NCBI GenBank assembly: GCA_046563655.1
Contig: CM102290.1
Span: forward strand, 9,548,001 to 9,612,000
Origin: Yuukianura sp. NJ FZ-2021
Taxonomy: Eukaryota
Direction: 5' to 3'
Length of the DNA stretch: 64,000 bases
In this document: positions 12,201-25,720 of the stretch, piece after piece
Layout: every line of letters begins with the position of its first letter
Numbering within the stretch: position 1 is the first letter of the stretch
Notes under the pieces: model-generated
Told to the model about the DNA's origin: nothing
The model's database searches: none
The model's input: the letters and a program-made list of their open reading frames with translations, nothing else
Position numbers and translations under genes: made by a program

Positions 12201-15200
12201 GCCCTTGACAAAATTTCACTCAAAATCACATATCAGCGATCAGGGAAAGTCAGCCAGTCACACTTACATCCGCCACTACCAAAACGATCTCTGACAACAC
12301 TCCACTGGGAGACGCAATCGAACTAGGCACATTTTCCGCCACAATGTTAACTGTCATGTACCGAGTGGTCCACAAGTTCGGCTAAAAAAACCAAAAATCA
12401 AAACAAAAATTTTTTCATATAAGTAATAATATTCTTTTATCACTATCTGTTCCTTGAGACTGAATTTTGCACGCCATACTGAATATTCAAAAACACCAAT
12501 CACCTTCAGTTAGATTTTAGAAATATTTAGTAAGAATTAGTTAAAGTTGTTTTGCTGTTGAGGCGTAGGTTAGGTGGGTGAAGAAATTTCATATTTTTAG
12601 TTTTCTGTGTACAACATGCTGAAGAAAACTATTTTAAATTACACGATGCGGATGCTTGTGTGCTGCTCGGGGCTTTTATAGAGCAACTACCTACGCCATT
12701 AGAAAAGTGTGCGATGAAAATCACGTTCTGTTTCGTATCCAGAAAAGTTGCAGTTAGGTTCCTGGTAATAAAATCCTGTGCGGTCGTCCCTGTAAACCTA
12801 CTCCCTACTCTGCCTCCATTGATGCAAAAACCTATTTTGAGTGGTTATTGATTTGCTGCTGGTAGTTCCTTTTGGATGAGGACGTGTAACATAGAACTAC
12901 TCCTCGTTTATTATTAGGTTCTCTCGAATATCGGGTTACGGTTTTGTAAAAAAAAAATTTCAAAAAAAGTATCCCCAAGCCGCTTACTCCATCCGAATTT
13001 GACGAGTTCCATTTTCTAATAACGCCGCGCGATCATCACTTACTTCCTTCAAGCTCTGCGTAAGGTGGATTTGGAGTGAACTGACGTCAAATTTGAAATG
13101 GGCCTACAGGCACGTAGTAGGAGAAAGTCAAGGCTGAATTCCTCCAAGTGTGGATCCCAATCCGCCACTTCAGCGTTGACTTTTTGGAAGCCTTGACTTT
13201 CTCCCATCGGGAACGGCTTCAGAAACGGGAACGAAGAGACCTCCACACCAAAGAGAGGCTCTGCTCTTCCCAAATCCCTAAATCAAATAAGACCAATACG
13301 AGCCATCTAAACCGTCAGCGAATGACGTAGTATATCTTCTCTCAGACAAAATGTACAAAGCGTTTTCAAAACCACTCTAGACCAGAAAATTGGAAATGAC
13401 ATAGCAATTCACTGTCGTATCTAACGAAGCTATTCGGGTTGGCGCAAATTTTCTTCAATTTAGACCGCTTTTACTTTACTGTGCAACTTTAGTGTTATGG
13501 GAAAGTGAGGGAAACGCTCTATATTTGTTAAAAATAATTTCAAAATCGTTAAATTAAAATATGGCAGAGTTCACTACACAAATATCTATTTATTTAGTGG
13601 TCAGCTGTTGCCCTTATTCTTTCTTCCTGCATGCACCTAGAATTTTTTTTTCAGTATTAGTAGGTGTAAGTGTTACTTTATTTCTGTATTTGTCGAAAAA
13701 AAAGTCACCTTGTAGATTGTAATTTAGAAAATTCGAGTAAAGATAAGTTAGTTGTTTATATTAATTGAACAAATTAAGGATAATTCTGTTTTGTCATCTT
13801 AACTTTGACGTACAGGAGTACAGCGTCCAACTCACTTTCCGGGAGCAGTGGCTAGATGAAAGACTCAAATTCGATCATTTCACGCCAAAACGTAAGTTAA
13901 AGCAAATAAAAATTTTAAAAGACGTTTAATTTTTGAAGCGGTTTGATAGAAAGTTTAACTTTGTCTTGGAAAAAACTAAACCCAACTCAATCATTTTAAA
14001 AATTTGAAACAAATTGCATTGAGAATTCAACCAGCGCAAAACTTAATCTTTGGAAAACTAATTTTGTTAAAAAAAGAACTGATCGATTTCTGCAATATTG
14101 AAACTAAAGGCAAAAAGTAAAACCAAAAGGTTGATTATTCCTTAAAGGTCAAATCACATTTTTTCCACAGTTCAATGCTTTCACCAAAAACTTTCTTCTC
14201 TTGTAACCCCCAGCGTTGGATCCTAATTACTTTTTTTTTTTAGATTTTCTATTCTCAACTTCAGCAGTTCCTTTGTTTTCAAACTTTTTTCGTTCCAAAT
14301 TTTCCTCATCACCAGAAATTTTGCAAAAACCATTTCCGTTTCCCGCCGTGACCTAAATTATTCAAAAGTCAAAGGTCATTTCCTCTAAGCTGGATCATAA
14401 AAGTAGCAACATTTTTAACTTTTCATCTTTTTCCTACAAACTTTCTCCTTTCAAACTTTTACATTTATCAAGACGTCAGTTCCAAAAAGACATTGAGAAA
14501 AAAACGTTGCGTAATTTATACTTAGAGAGTGTCTTAGAGAGTTCTGAATGTTTCTGAAGACATTCGACAAGAGGAGAAAAGATTTATGAAAATAAACAAT
14601 GCACAGATAGGAATCTCTGAGATGAAGGCGGGTAGAAACTGTGGTCGCCTTAAAAGTTAAAGTGACTCATAAAGTTGAATTCTACTCTTCAGCTACTTAC
14701 GGCTCCGACTTGTTCATTCGGAATTGGCGGGAGTGCTGAAGGCGGTGACGCTAAGCGTACCGAAGTTGAGCCATTTTGCATGATGAATAATGGAGCAGTT
14801 CTAGGTTATTCCTCCGGAATTCAGTCGTACCCTTGACAGTTTTCTCTTCAACATTTTGTGAATCGTGCGAAGGAATACGAGTCACTGTGGACTTAAAAAT
14901 CATTTTCTTGGAAATAATTTTGAGATCCAAAGGCGGCAGCGTCCTTGGTTGAAGAATATTTTCAAATATTCCCGCTTTCACTCTCGCTTTCTCTCCACAA
15001 GGACTTAGTATGACTCGACTGAAGCACAAGAAAATGAAATATGAATTTAATTTTATTAATTTATGATAACTGTGGTATAATTTTCCTCTTCTTCTTTCAT
15101 TTTCCTTTTAGCAAACATTCAGTACTTGACTCTAACTGACCCTAAGAGGGTGTGGATGCCAGATTTATTCTTTTCTAATGAAAAACACGGTCACTTACAT

Positions 15201-18081
15201 GATATCATAATGCCAAATGTCTACATTCGAATTCATCCAGATGGACAAGTTCTGTACAGTATTCGGTAAGAGGTTTCTATATTAATTAGTTAATGTTATT
15301 TAAAGAAATATTATTTTTGCTAAAAGGAATGACTCTGATGAACTCGATTTTTCACTCCAGAAACTATTTTTATATTGTTTTGGCCACTTCCTCTGATTCA
15401 TTTTGTAAATCAACAAGGAACAAAGTGTCCGCTTGGATGAAATCTGAAAGGAATCTGATGTCTTCATTTCGACATCTTCATATCCTCTTCAATTTCAGCC
15501 TTCAACCTCAGGGAAAACAACAATAGGGATAAAGAACCTGTTTATGTCAATACGTTATAAGAGTAGTACGTCGTAAGTGGTGTAAACAGCTTTCATGTAC
15601 AGCCTTCTCATCAACTTCCAACAGTTCATAATGTTTTTCCAATAGAGAAAGCACGTATAGAAAGAACCTTAACTCTAAACTTTTGGAACACCCTGTACAT
15701 TGTTTTCCTTTCATAGTTAGTGCACCAAAGACAACTTTTAATGATAGATCAAAAAAGAAACTCCCATTTCCTTCAAAACTTTCATTTCAAGACGTAATGA
15801 AAAAGAAAATATACTGGGGCGGTTTCTCACCGATTTTTTTCTCCGTGTTTTTGTATTTCCAAGTTTCTAAGAAAGTTAAGAAAAAGTTGTAACCTTTTGG
15901 CATCTAATTTGCGATGCAAACTAGAAAAAAGTTTTACAAAATTGAATCCTGTTTTGACATTAGACACCTACTGAGCTATTTTTTAAGTGAGAGAGAAGCA
16001 AAAAAGCTTATATTTTTCTTTGTTCCAGGATTTCCTTGACATTGTCATGTCCGATGGTCCTGAAACTGTATCCATTGGACAAGCAAACATGCTCTCTTCG
16101 AATGGCTAGTTGTAAGTACAGTAATTCTATAGCTTCTTCCTTTTACAAAAAAAAATCCAAGTAAACGGTTAAAAGCTTTTGAACTACTCTGTACTTTCTT
16201 GCCAAAGCGGAAACTTTTGGTTAAACGATGTCGATATATCTTGGAAGCAAAAAAAGGAAAACCTAAACGATCGTCTAAAAATTTCCAATAGAGACGCCGG
16301 CAATGCCTTCTTTTTCTAGAATTTCCGAAAAGCAACTTCTGTATTGGAAGAAACATTTCGAAAAAAAAACTGTGTCTATTTTCTAGGAAAAAGTGACTCA
16401 CTACATTTTTAGGAAGCAAAAACGTATTTCTGACAATTTACAGAGAAAAAACTTTTTTTAATGGTAATTTTTCAGATGGTTGGACAACAGCGGATTTAAT
16501 TTTTAAGTGGAAGAAGGACGATCCTGTACAAGTTACTCCAGATTTACACTTGCCTAGATTTGCTCTCGAACAATTTACGACTGACTACTGTGACAGCCAC
16601 ACAAATACAGGTAAAGTCATATTGTAAATTCATTCAACTTTTTTGAATGTGAATTTAAAAAAAAAACTTTGGAAGAAGTTTGGGAACATTGAAAATTGAG
16701 CACTTTCAAAAGTGAAAATACTTTTTGCAAAAGTGAAAGTAGCCATTTCGCCTGAGTTTAGTTCTTCTGGGGAGAATAAACATTTTTCGTACTTTTTTTT
16801 ACAAGAAAATTGTTTTACAACTGTAAGTTGATGTAATGGGTGGGTGACATAAGGGAATGGTCGCCATTTTCTTGTCTTTTTCCTATTTGTGACAAATGCC
16901 TAACTCTCATCTCTTGGCCCGTTTGTAACCACGAACCACAGAGACTCTTAAATTTATGTGGCTCTTTTAGAATTTTAGATGCGCGGAGAGAGCAAAAAGT
17001 TTTGAAGAAAGTCGTTCAACGGAAATGAATTTTCAAAGTACCCCGAGTCTTGACCACTTAATAACTCAATGAATTTTTTTCATTTTTGGAACTCATTTTG
17101 TTAAACGAGTTTCATAGAAGTTGGAATTCTCATAATCGATGATCAACTTGATTAGATTTGTAGAATTTCAAAAATTTTTAAATTGAAATTGAATTTTGCT
17201 GGCTCCGACAGGTGTCTACAGCTGTCTGCGTGTGGACCTTCTTTTCAAGCGCGAATTTTCATACTATTTGATTCAAATCTACATTCCATGCTGTATGCTC
17301 GTCATTGTCTCCTGGGTGTCGTTCTGGCTTGACCAGAGTGCTGTTCCTGCCCGTGTTTCCCTAGGAGTGACGACACTCCTCACCATGGCAACCCAAACGT
17401 CAGGTATCAATCAAACTCTGCCGCCAGTGTCCTACACAAAGGCTCTGGACGTCTGGACTGGAGTCTGTCTCACCTTTGTATTTGGAGCCCTTTTGGAATT
17501 TGCTCTTGTCAACTACGCCTCACGTTCAGATCAACACCGTGAAGCAGTCAAGAAACAACGGCGGCAGTGGGAGCTGGAACAGGCAGCGGCGCTTGAGGCC
17601 GCGGCACAAGTTGCTGCTGCAGATCACATGGAAGATGGGACGGCAGTTTTTGGCATGGTAAGTTTTGAACTTTGCATGGGTTCAGGGCTCCCATGCAGAA
17701 GATGCTATGTTCCTCTTTTCAAAATTTTGAAAACATTGTTAGAAAAATAATGTAAACGTTTCAGAAATCGTTGGTGCGCCATCCGCGTGAAGCGCTAGCA
17801 CTAGACAAAGCTCGTCAATGTGAAATTCATATGGCGATGGCGCCAAAAAGAGAAGGCTGTGCCAGAACTTGGCTTTCCAAATTTCCCTCTAGATCCAAAC
17901 GGATTGACGTCGTGTCCCGAATCACATTTCCGCTCATTTTTGCGTAATTCTTCAACTCATTATACTTTCAAACCACGAAATCTTGAAAAATTTTTTTTAT
18001 ACAATTGTTTACCATAGATTGTTCAACCTCGCTTACTGGTGCGCCTACTTACTCAAAAAAGATGACGTTGACAAAAGTTAG
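6231..18081 (+). CDS. GluCl: Glutamate-gated chloride channel alpha subunit (Cys-loop receptor), 477 aa. Coding exons 6231-6352, 6471-6580, [8829-8893 or 11265-11329], 13816-13891, 15112-15265, 16029-16111, 16476-16610, 17212-17657, 17765-17943, 18018-18081
   Basis: All junctions are GT-AG and phase-consistent; total 1434 nt. Translation gives an N-terminal hydrophobic stretch, [15 protein letters not shown] (loop D Arg), [11 protein letters not shown], the Cys-loop [15 protein letters not shown], loop [13 protein letters not shown], the anion filter PAR before M2 ([11 protein letters not shown]), M3 [12 protein letters not shown] and M4 [22 protein letters not shown]. Confidence 0.97.
8829..8893 (+). 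CDS. GluCl: GluCl alternative exon 3a, (D)[21 protein letters not shown]
   Basis: Flanked by cacag and gtaagt; 65 bp; phase 1 in, phase 0 out, matching exons 2 and 4. Confidence 0.93.
10361..10632. repeat. Symmetric element: 12-bp terminal inverted repeat plus a central 24-bp perfect palindrome, between GluCl exons 3a and 3b
   Basis: GCCGGGTAAGCA (10361-10372) is the reverse complement of TGCTTACCCGGC (10621-10632). AATTAGTACCAATTGGTACTAATT (10483-10506) lies at the midpoint. Confidence 0.7.
11265..11329 (+). CDS. GluCl: GluCl alternative exon 3b, (E)[21 protein letters not shown]
   Basis: Flanked by cacag and gtaagt; same length and phases as exon 3a and a homologous peptide. Confidence 0.93.
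11984..12143. mobile_element. Small MITE-like element with subterminal ATTGGTTCAA repeats (GluCl intron)
   Basis: 29-bp terminal inverted repeat GCCATTGGTTCAAAT(A/G)AATTGGTTCAAAT with 1 mismatch; several degenerate ATTGGTTCAA units on the left, inverted units on the right. No TSD identified. Confidence 0.7.
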
Positions 18082-21000
18082 GTGAGCCTTAGACTCCGCC
18101 TCTTTTTCTAACCAGATCTCCAGAAAAACCAAAAAAAAAAACATCGTGTGGCCATGAATCAATTTGGAACTACGGATGACACACTTTCTACATAACAAAC
18201 AAGTCACAAATCCCAATTTTCTCTGATCAGAGACTTCGTCGTTCCAAAAATCGATCAAAAAATTCGAATCCTGAACAACACACAAATCATCGTCCCTAAT
18301 TCAAATTTACTGCGGATGTCGACTGGCAGCCAGTTAAACTGACTAGGTCCTTTCTTTTATCAAACATCTTTCAAAGGAACGTTCCCCAGAAGGAAAAAAC
18401 GCGCGAAACTCGGATCTGGGAACGTCTTATTTTAAATACAAAAAAATGGAAATTATTGTAATATGGCTCTAAAACACTCATTACTAATTACTCCAAGGTT
18501 ACCTTTGTAACTTTTTCGTTTTTACACGTGTGTTGAGCTAAACTTTAACTTAGAAAGACAAACGCGTCTGATTACAACTAATTGAATTTAGTTTCGTTTT
18601 GGAGCTAAATTTCAAAATTTTTTGAAACGGTTTTTGTTTTGGTTTGGGAATGGGAATGGATGGAGCTGGAGAGCGTGATGCCTTTCAAATTGAAAGTTAT
18701 GTTCAAGCTTAATGTAAACAAGGTACAGTGTATTTGGACAGATGAGGATGATACTTGATTACACAAAGAGAAGAGGTTCCAGATAATGAGTGACTGGAGT
18801 GTGGAAGCTTTAATTTTATAATTAAATTTTGGAGTGTAACTTAAAATCTGTTTGTGGCATGTGGATGCTACACTTGCAATTGAGTGGATTCTGTAACTTC
18901 ATTAAATAGAACAAAAGACGTAGAATCATTGTGGTAAAAGTAAATAGACTTCTAGATGTTCCTCATCACATATAAGAACCCTCAAAGTAACAAAAAATAC
19001 TCAATACAACCCTACTTTAATTTCCCTTTTTAAGTGTTCTTTCTAAAATAGTTCTAAATTTGTTTCCAACAAACCTAACAAAAAGACAAATTATTTCTTC
19101 TTTTGTCGTTTCAAAAGCCAAAAGATGTCGAAGTTTTCCATTTGTTTTCTGAGTTTTGCTATTGTTTAGATTTTATGGTTTTCCAGACCTTTCCCATTCC
19201 TAGGTTGATTTAAAATTTCGAAGCAGGAAAGGCCGGAAGTCAACTTTAAATATTCCGTATAGAAGTGGGTGGCAGACTAAATTGACATTAAAATGGAAAA
19301 CAAAAGATTTCCATACAGAACTGGTTTTCCTATTTTTCTGTTTCAGTGGCGAACTTTGGAACTTTCTCTACTTTCTTCCTGATTTGGTTTGCGCAAGAAG
19401 CCGTTATTGAAATTCAAAATGATCTTTGACCTTTCTTGCAAAATCTCAACATCTATTATTACGTAAAGAATCTTGCCGTCGTAGAAGTTCAGCTCTTTAT
19501 TTTAAATAGAAAACGAAGTTTTTGTTGAAAAACAGGAAAGAAACCAGTTTTTTTGTTACACAGTTTCTTCCGATTTCATGACAAATTTTCCGCCGTCGAA
19601 AATTTCAGTTTCCCGTAACCGCCTCCACACTTTTATATTGTAGAATTCAATTTGAGTTGAGAAATTTTTTTCTCTCTTGAGTTTCAAGTCAGTCAAACCT
19701 TTCGTTTTGTTTGAAATAAAAAACGTCAAAATATGTGAGTCAATAAATGGCAACGACAAGTCAATTGAATTCTTTATACAATTCCCAGCCTAAAATTGTC
19801 ATTTTATACAGAAAAGAGACAAATTTTTGTAGGATTTTCCCCAGTTTTTTTTTTATTCTTCTATCCGCTTTTACTGTCACGACCGAAGAAAGCATCTTCC
19901 TCCTCGTTTACTTTCACTCTTGTCAGTCACCGAAATCAATCGATATCTTTCCTCTGTAAGCTTTAGACGACGAGTGACCCTTCAGATTTTGTGTGTACTT
20001 TAAGGTTCCGTTTCTTTGAAGGAGCTTTGAATGAACCATACCATATGGCATCAAATACGTAAACCAAATCTAAAGGAGAAAGTAGTAACCGTATATCCCA
20101 GCCTTCCATCTGATTTCCAATTTCCAGTTCTCACCTCACCAGTCCTCTCACTTAAATTTGTGACATAAAGGAACTCTGTTATTTCCTTCTTGGACAATGG
20201 TCCTCGATGCCACCTTTCTACCGTGACATTTCTGATAGAGTTGCAACCGAAAACTAAATTTATTTATTTCCTCAACGTATAACTGAAGCTACACTAAATC
20301 GCACTGTACTATGACGCCAGAATCAAATTTTGAAATCGAGCAATTCTTTTTCATATTTTTTTAAGGCTGTCACTGTAAATGAAAACTAAGGTGAAAGGCG
20401 CTACTAGTTTTTTCATTATTATGTACCAAACGCCGGTTGCTTTTTCCGTTATAGCCTTACATAAATAAACAGCATTCGACTTCCCGCTTCAAATATTTGT
20501 AAAGAATTCAATGTATTTTTCCTATATAAAGCTTCCAGTTTCTGATATTTTTCGTTCAGATTAATTTGAATAATTTCTTGCTTTACAGAAACCAATTATT
20601 GGTGGTGTAAACTAAAATTAAATATGTAGGAACTAAAAAGTTAGTTAACTATCGCAACTAGATTTAGTAAAACACGCGGCCAAGAGCATTTGGGATTAGC
20701 CTGCAAATAATACTCAACTCCAATGTCGCGTCTTTATTGCATTTGCTCTAGTAGTGTCAGTTCTCTGGGGTCATAAATAATGTATTGACAAAAAAAAGTA
20801 TGGAAAATTAAAATTCTTTGTTCTTAATTTTTCTAATGAAGTTTCTTTTTCAGTTTTCCAAATATTGTTTTCTGTTTTGTTCTTTTTTGCCAGAACGTTT
20901 TGTGTTAAAGTGAAACTGCCAGCACTCATTGCAATGCAACTAAAGGCAACTTGTAGATAAATTACTTTGTAAAATAATAATGCTTAAGCTAACTTTAACT

Positions 21001-24000
21001 AATTATTCTACTCAAAAGCGTGACACAACCTAACCTAACAACGCAATCCTCCTCAAACTTTAACCTGTAGAGAACATTACTCTTTCAATGGTGCTTATAA
21101 TTTTTCCTGTGAGATTTGTTTTGGTTTTGGGTTCCTAAACCAACTTTTAAAATCTACTTTTCCTAAATTACTAACTAAAAAAGTAGAACTGTCGTAATCT
21201 TAGTGCTAGTTGATAATCAAACCGATTTTGATATTATGTGATACACACATTAGTTCTAGAGGAACAAGGACTTAAATACTCTACCTAAGTTAATTTACAA
21301 TTAATTTTAATTAATTAATACTCAAACTGACTTAATTGTAATTAAAGAATAGGTATAGCTTTTGGTACGTTTCAGGAACAACAGGGCAGTATGGAGGCAA
21401 GTGAAACCAAAAAATTAATTGTCTTTGTAATAAGCAATGATTGTAAAAAGAATTAAGAAAAGTTCTTCAAAAGTAAAAGCCTGTGTTAATTATAATAACA
21501 ATTATGGTAACTGTATTTAAACTTTACATTTAGTTAAAAAACTGCTTTTTTGTAGACTTTTTGTTAAGAATCAAAACTTGACAAATGTTTTTGGCATATC
21601 TTTCTAGTCTAAAAAATTCTTTTGTAGAGAAAGTCTAAAAGTCTGTGCCATATTCAACAACGTCTGTAAGCGTAGGCGTAAGATAACCTTGTATGATTTA
21701 TGAAGACACAAAAGGCTAAGTGTAGCACTCCCTTTTTGTTTTTGTGTTAAACAAGTTCCAACAGAAAAAAAAACTGACTCTTTTTTATTATACGATTTAT
21801 GTTATAATTTTACCTTTTAAAAGAACATAATAAATTGTCGTTGGTCAAAACTTTTAAAAACATGTGAAACTTGGTTTTCATTTTTCAAAATATCAAAACA
21901 ACCAAGTTGTTAATTTGCTCTTTAAAAAAATGCTTTCTTTTGTCAACAAGGAAATCCATAAGGATTTCGTTTCTTCAATTAAGCTAGAAGCCTTTCTTCT
22001 CTTCTCTTATGAATGGCTAAGGTTTAGAAGGGGAATGTGGTGAAAGTGCTTTCTCCTGATTTATACGTCGGAGAGATAAACCCATTTCCCAATTTACACT
22101 GAAAAAAAGAGAATCTAACCTAACATAAAACGCATAGCTGGAGACGGCTTCCACAATTCCAGAATTCCCTGCTCAGCGTGTTCGTTTCTAGAACAATTTT
22201 TTTTTGAAAATAAGTGGCACATATTCCAAGCCCAGTTCACAATTTCTCCGACGAGGCACAATGAATAAGGCGTTATTTCTATTGAAAAGGACTTGGAGAA
22301 AGCAAATAATCCTCATATCGCTCCCTACACTCTGCTTCGTTTCAAAACACAAAACCTCGTTCTTCGGTAACTTTTTTTTTCATTCAAAGTGAAAAGCTAT
22401 ACGTTGGAAATGGAAAATACGATTCGATTGGATCCAAGTAAAAAGTTTAGTGAAAAATATATTCTTTTTATAGAATTGGAGAGATAATCTACAAAATTTT
22501 GCAAGATTCTAGTTGGTTGGAAAAAGATAATCTAACTAATGAAATTGGACAACAATTTTTTCCAGCCTTGTGTTTTGTGTACTCCTGATATTTTTTGTTG
22601 TAGTACTTTGTTGTCTTCATCTTTCTGTTTTTGACATACTAGCACTTTGCGCCATTGGATCCCTAGGGGTAATACATCGCACTCCGTATGATAAGTACCA
22701 AAAGTTTACTTTCGTGACGACCAGATGAAGGTTCAACAAAAGTCTCTAACAAAGAGTTTGGCAATTGTCTTTTAGCCTTAAGATGTTTAGGACAAATTCG
22801 CTTCTTGTGACGCACTCGCACGCAGTGAGTCGGCGACATATAAACAACCATTTGTTCTTAGTAGAAACTCCCTCAACTCCAAAGAACTTGACAGTGGAAA
22901 ACATCAATCGTCAAATGGGCGTCGCCTGGAGACTAAGATCTAACATCGACAAGGACTTAATTTCTGGGTTTCCTGGAACTCGACATTGTCCACTGTGGGA
23001 CAAATCCATACATTTCATTGCACGCGAAGTAAATGGGATACTTTCTCCCCAATTAGGTCATGTTCTCCCAAATCCATTGACAAAGACAGGTCATTTTTAA
23101 AATTTGAACGAAAAGTTACGCGTTGCACCAACATTTTTAAGTCTTGTTTTCAACAAACCGAGATTACAAAAGTGTAACCCGGTTAGACTCAAATTGAACG
23201 GCTAATACAACATTAGGCTTATGCTAAAGTCTAAGTCGCAAGGTTGCGTCCTTTGATGTGCCAAGGAGAAAAGAAGGTTTTATGCTTAGATTTGGTTAGT
23301 GTCTAGCAAATCGGATTAGTCTGTCCAGAACCAAAAGCTTCCACGACTTTGTATACATCCACCAGGGAAAAGTTGCATTTTGGCACGTGGAAAGCGGTGA
23401 AAGGTTGGTTGGGCTTCACCTTGCTCAGCATCAAACTAACCTAACTCAAAGGCTACTTTCAGAAAAGTGCCACACTTGGAAAGAACAACATTTGAAAAAT
23501 GGATGCTCAAGTGGATCCAGGAATTGAAACCAAGTGGTGCTTACTATTCGACCAACGTCCACAGAAACCATCAATGGCTAATGCTCCTTTCTGTACTTAA
23601 CAAATGAAAACCTATTTCCATTTTCAATTGTACTTCCAACACTTCAAATTAATTTAATTTTGTTACTTTCGGAACTGCAAAGTAACATTATTAGCAACGT
23701 AAAGCTTTTAAGGTCCGAAAATAGTTAAGAGCCTCTACGGAATTAGTTGTGTAAAGTACATTAAAGTAGGTTAATTAAAAAAACACAATTTAGAGTGTGT
23801 TTTTTTCGAAAGTAATCTTACGCTTACCTTTCCTCGGAGGTTCTGACGGTGGTACAGAAAATCTGCCTTTTGATTTGAGTAGAAGATGAATTGGAAGAGC
23901 AACGGAAACAAGGAAAGCATGATTAGTTAGTAGATTTTCTACTATTGTCTCTAAACAAACTTCATTACCTTTTATCGTGATTTTTGAATGTTTCAAATTG

Positions 24001-25720
24001 CAAACAAATTTCGATTGTTGCTCTGATTTTCTGGAAATGGTTCAATTTTACTATAATCAAAATAATACCGGTAGTATTTACATTATAATTTGGCAAATTT
24101 TAGCAATTTTCATTAATGTGAGCTCGTATTCGTTGATGCGCCTTCCAATAGCGCAATGAGATGTCCTGAGTCAAACGCTTTTATTTGATTAAGTAGAAAT
24201 AGTAGTAGGGTAAGGGAAAGTTTGGAAGTCGAGTCAAGGATTTCCCCAATTAGATCAAATAAGAGAAAGCATCAGTACTAAATTAAACCAAATGAAGCAC
24301 TGTTAGCCCAAACCAACCAAGTTTGTTCTTTGGCACACTTGGACGCAACGAAGCAACAAAGAATTTCACCATGAAGGAATTGGAGAGTAAGACAAGAAAG
24401 AAAGTCCGGAAGGGAATTAAAAATAGTTTAATAACATCAAAACTAAAAAAGAAATTTCGTTCTTGAAAATTCTCATCCAAGGAACAATGAATCTTTCGGT
24501 GTCAAATCTTTTTTGGTCTTTTATAGTTTGATTTTTTTTATTTCTGACCCTTTGTTTATTTAATTCTCTAAATGCTAAAATCAGTTGCACGTCAAAATGG
24601 TCGGAAATTTCGTAGCCTAAAATTATTCTTAATATTGGGTACCTGTAAATAATTTAATAACTAAAAATCTAGTTTACACTAGTGACAAGTAAGACGTAAT
24701 TCCGAAACTGTGACGGTGCGTAGGAATTCCGGCAAGCTCTACAGTAAAGCGTAACTTCCTGATTTAACAGAAGTTATTTGAGAAAATATTGTTTTCCTTA
24801 AAAAATCATCTCACCTTCTAATTTTCTAGCGTATTACTTTTGGAAAAAAGTGTTGAGTAGACTAACAATAAGAAAATCTCTAAACGGAACTTTCTCGGTC
24901 ATGAGAAATTGAAATTTTCCAAAATATTGTTTTCTTTTTTTAAAAAAAAACTAACACAACAAATTCAATTCAGACACTGAGATGCGGAATAGAAAAAAAT
25001 TCTGACTCCTTTTTTACAAAAGAAAATCGCACTATTGTTAACTTAGAAAATAGTTCGATTAGTTCCGAACATTCGTGTTCAGTCATCAAAATTGCTAATA
25101 GCAAGCAACGAAGTTATTTAAGGGTAAAAATAAAATTATAATGACAAGGTTCCTTGATAAACATCTAGTTTTCCTTACCTTACAACTTAAAGAAAATTAA
25201 ATCAACAAACCTTGCTACAATGGTACTCGACAAACAGATTTTTCTTTACAAGATTTTTTTTTTCGAAACGCCTTTAAAGAATTATTGAATTTTTGTAGTT
25301 TGATGGGGTTTTAGTTTCTCTAAAAATTCTCTTTTGAGTTTTTACCAAAATTTTTGGCAACTTTACGGTTGAACTCATTTATAAAAAAGGAAGGTTTATT
25401 CAGTGAAAGAGTAAACGATTGAACCGGAACTAAAAAAAACCGACGAGAGCTTGGATTTTTGAAATCGTAGATCTACTGAAGACAACACTGCGCTACTTTC
25501 AAAGTCTTTCATTTTCGAGAGGCTACTGTGGCTCATGGCACTCTCAAAGTACGTCTCACTTTCTTCGACCTTCATGTCACTTGGATCTAAAAATGGCAAC
25601 CAACGATGCGTTAAAGACAAGAAGCGAAGGGTTTTCTTCCATGAGAAAAAACTTTCCAGTCTGTCGCTTATTGAAGGCACAGGGGACCAGCTGGAGTGGT
25701 CGGTAGCACGCGTTTTCACC

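Noticed and set aside
6581..13815. A third GluCl exon-3 variant
   Set aside because: Other ATG-GT(A) sites (e.g. ~8259, ~9369) lack a homologous upstream peptide and acceptor. None was found by eye, though a degenerate copy could have been missed.
16045..16419. 124-aa minus-strand ORF and other antisense ORFs over GluCl, CCT2 and ArfGAP
   Set aside because: They are shadows of real exons or AT-rich intron sequence with no protein-like features.
22765..23620. 111-aa ORF and nearby short ORFs as a gene
   Set aside because: No recognisable motif and no consistent exon chain; ORFs of this length are expected by chance.
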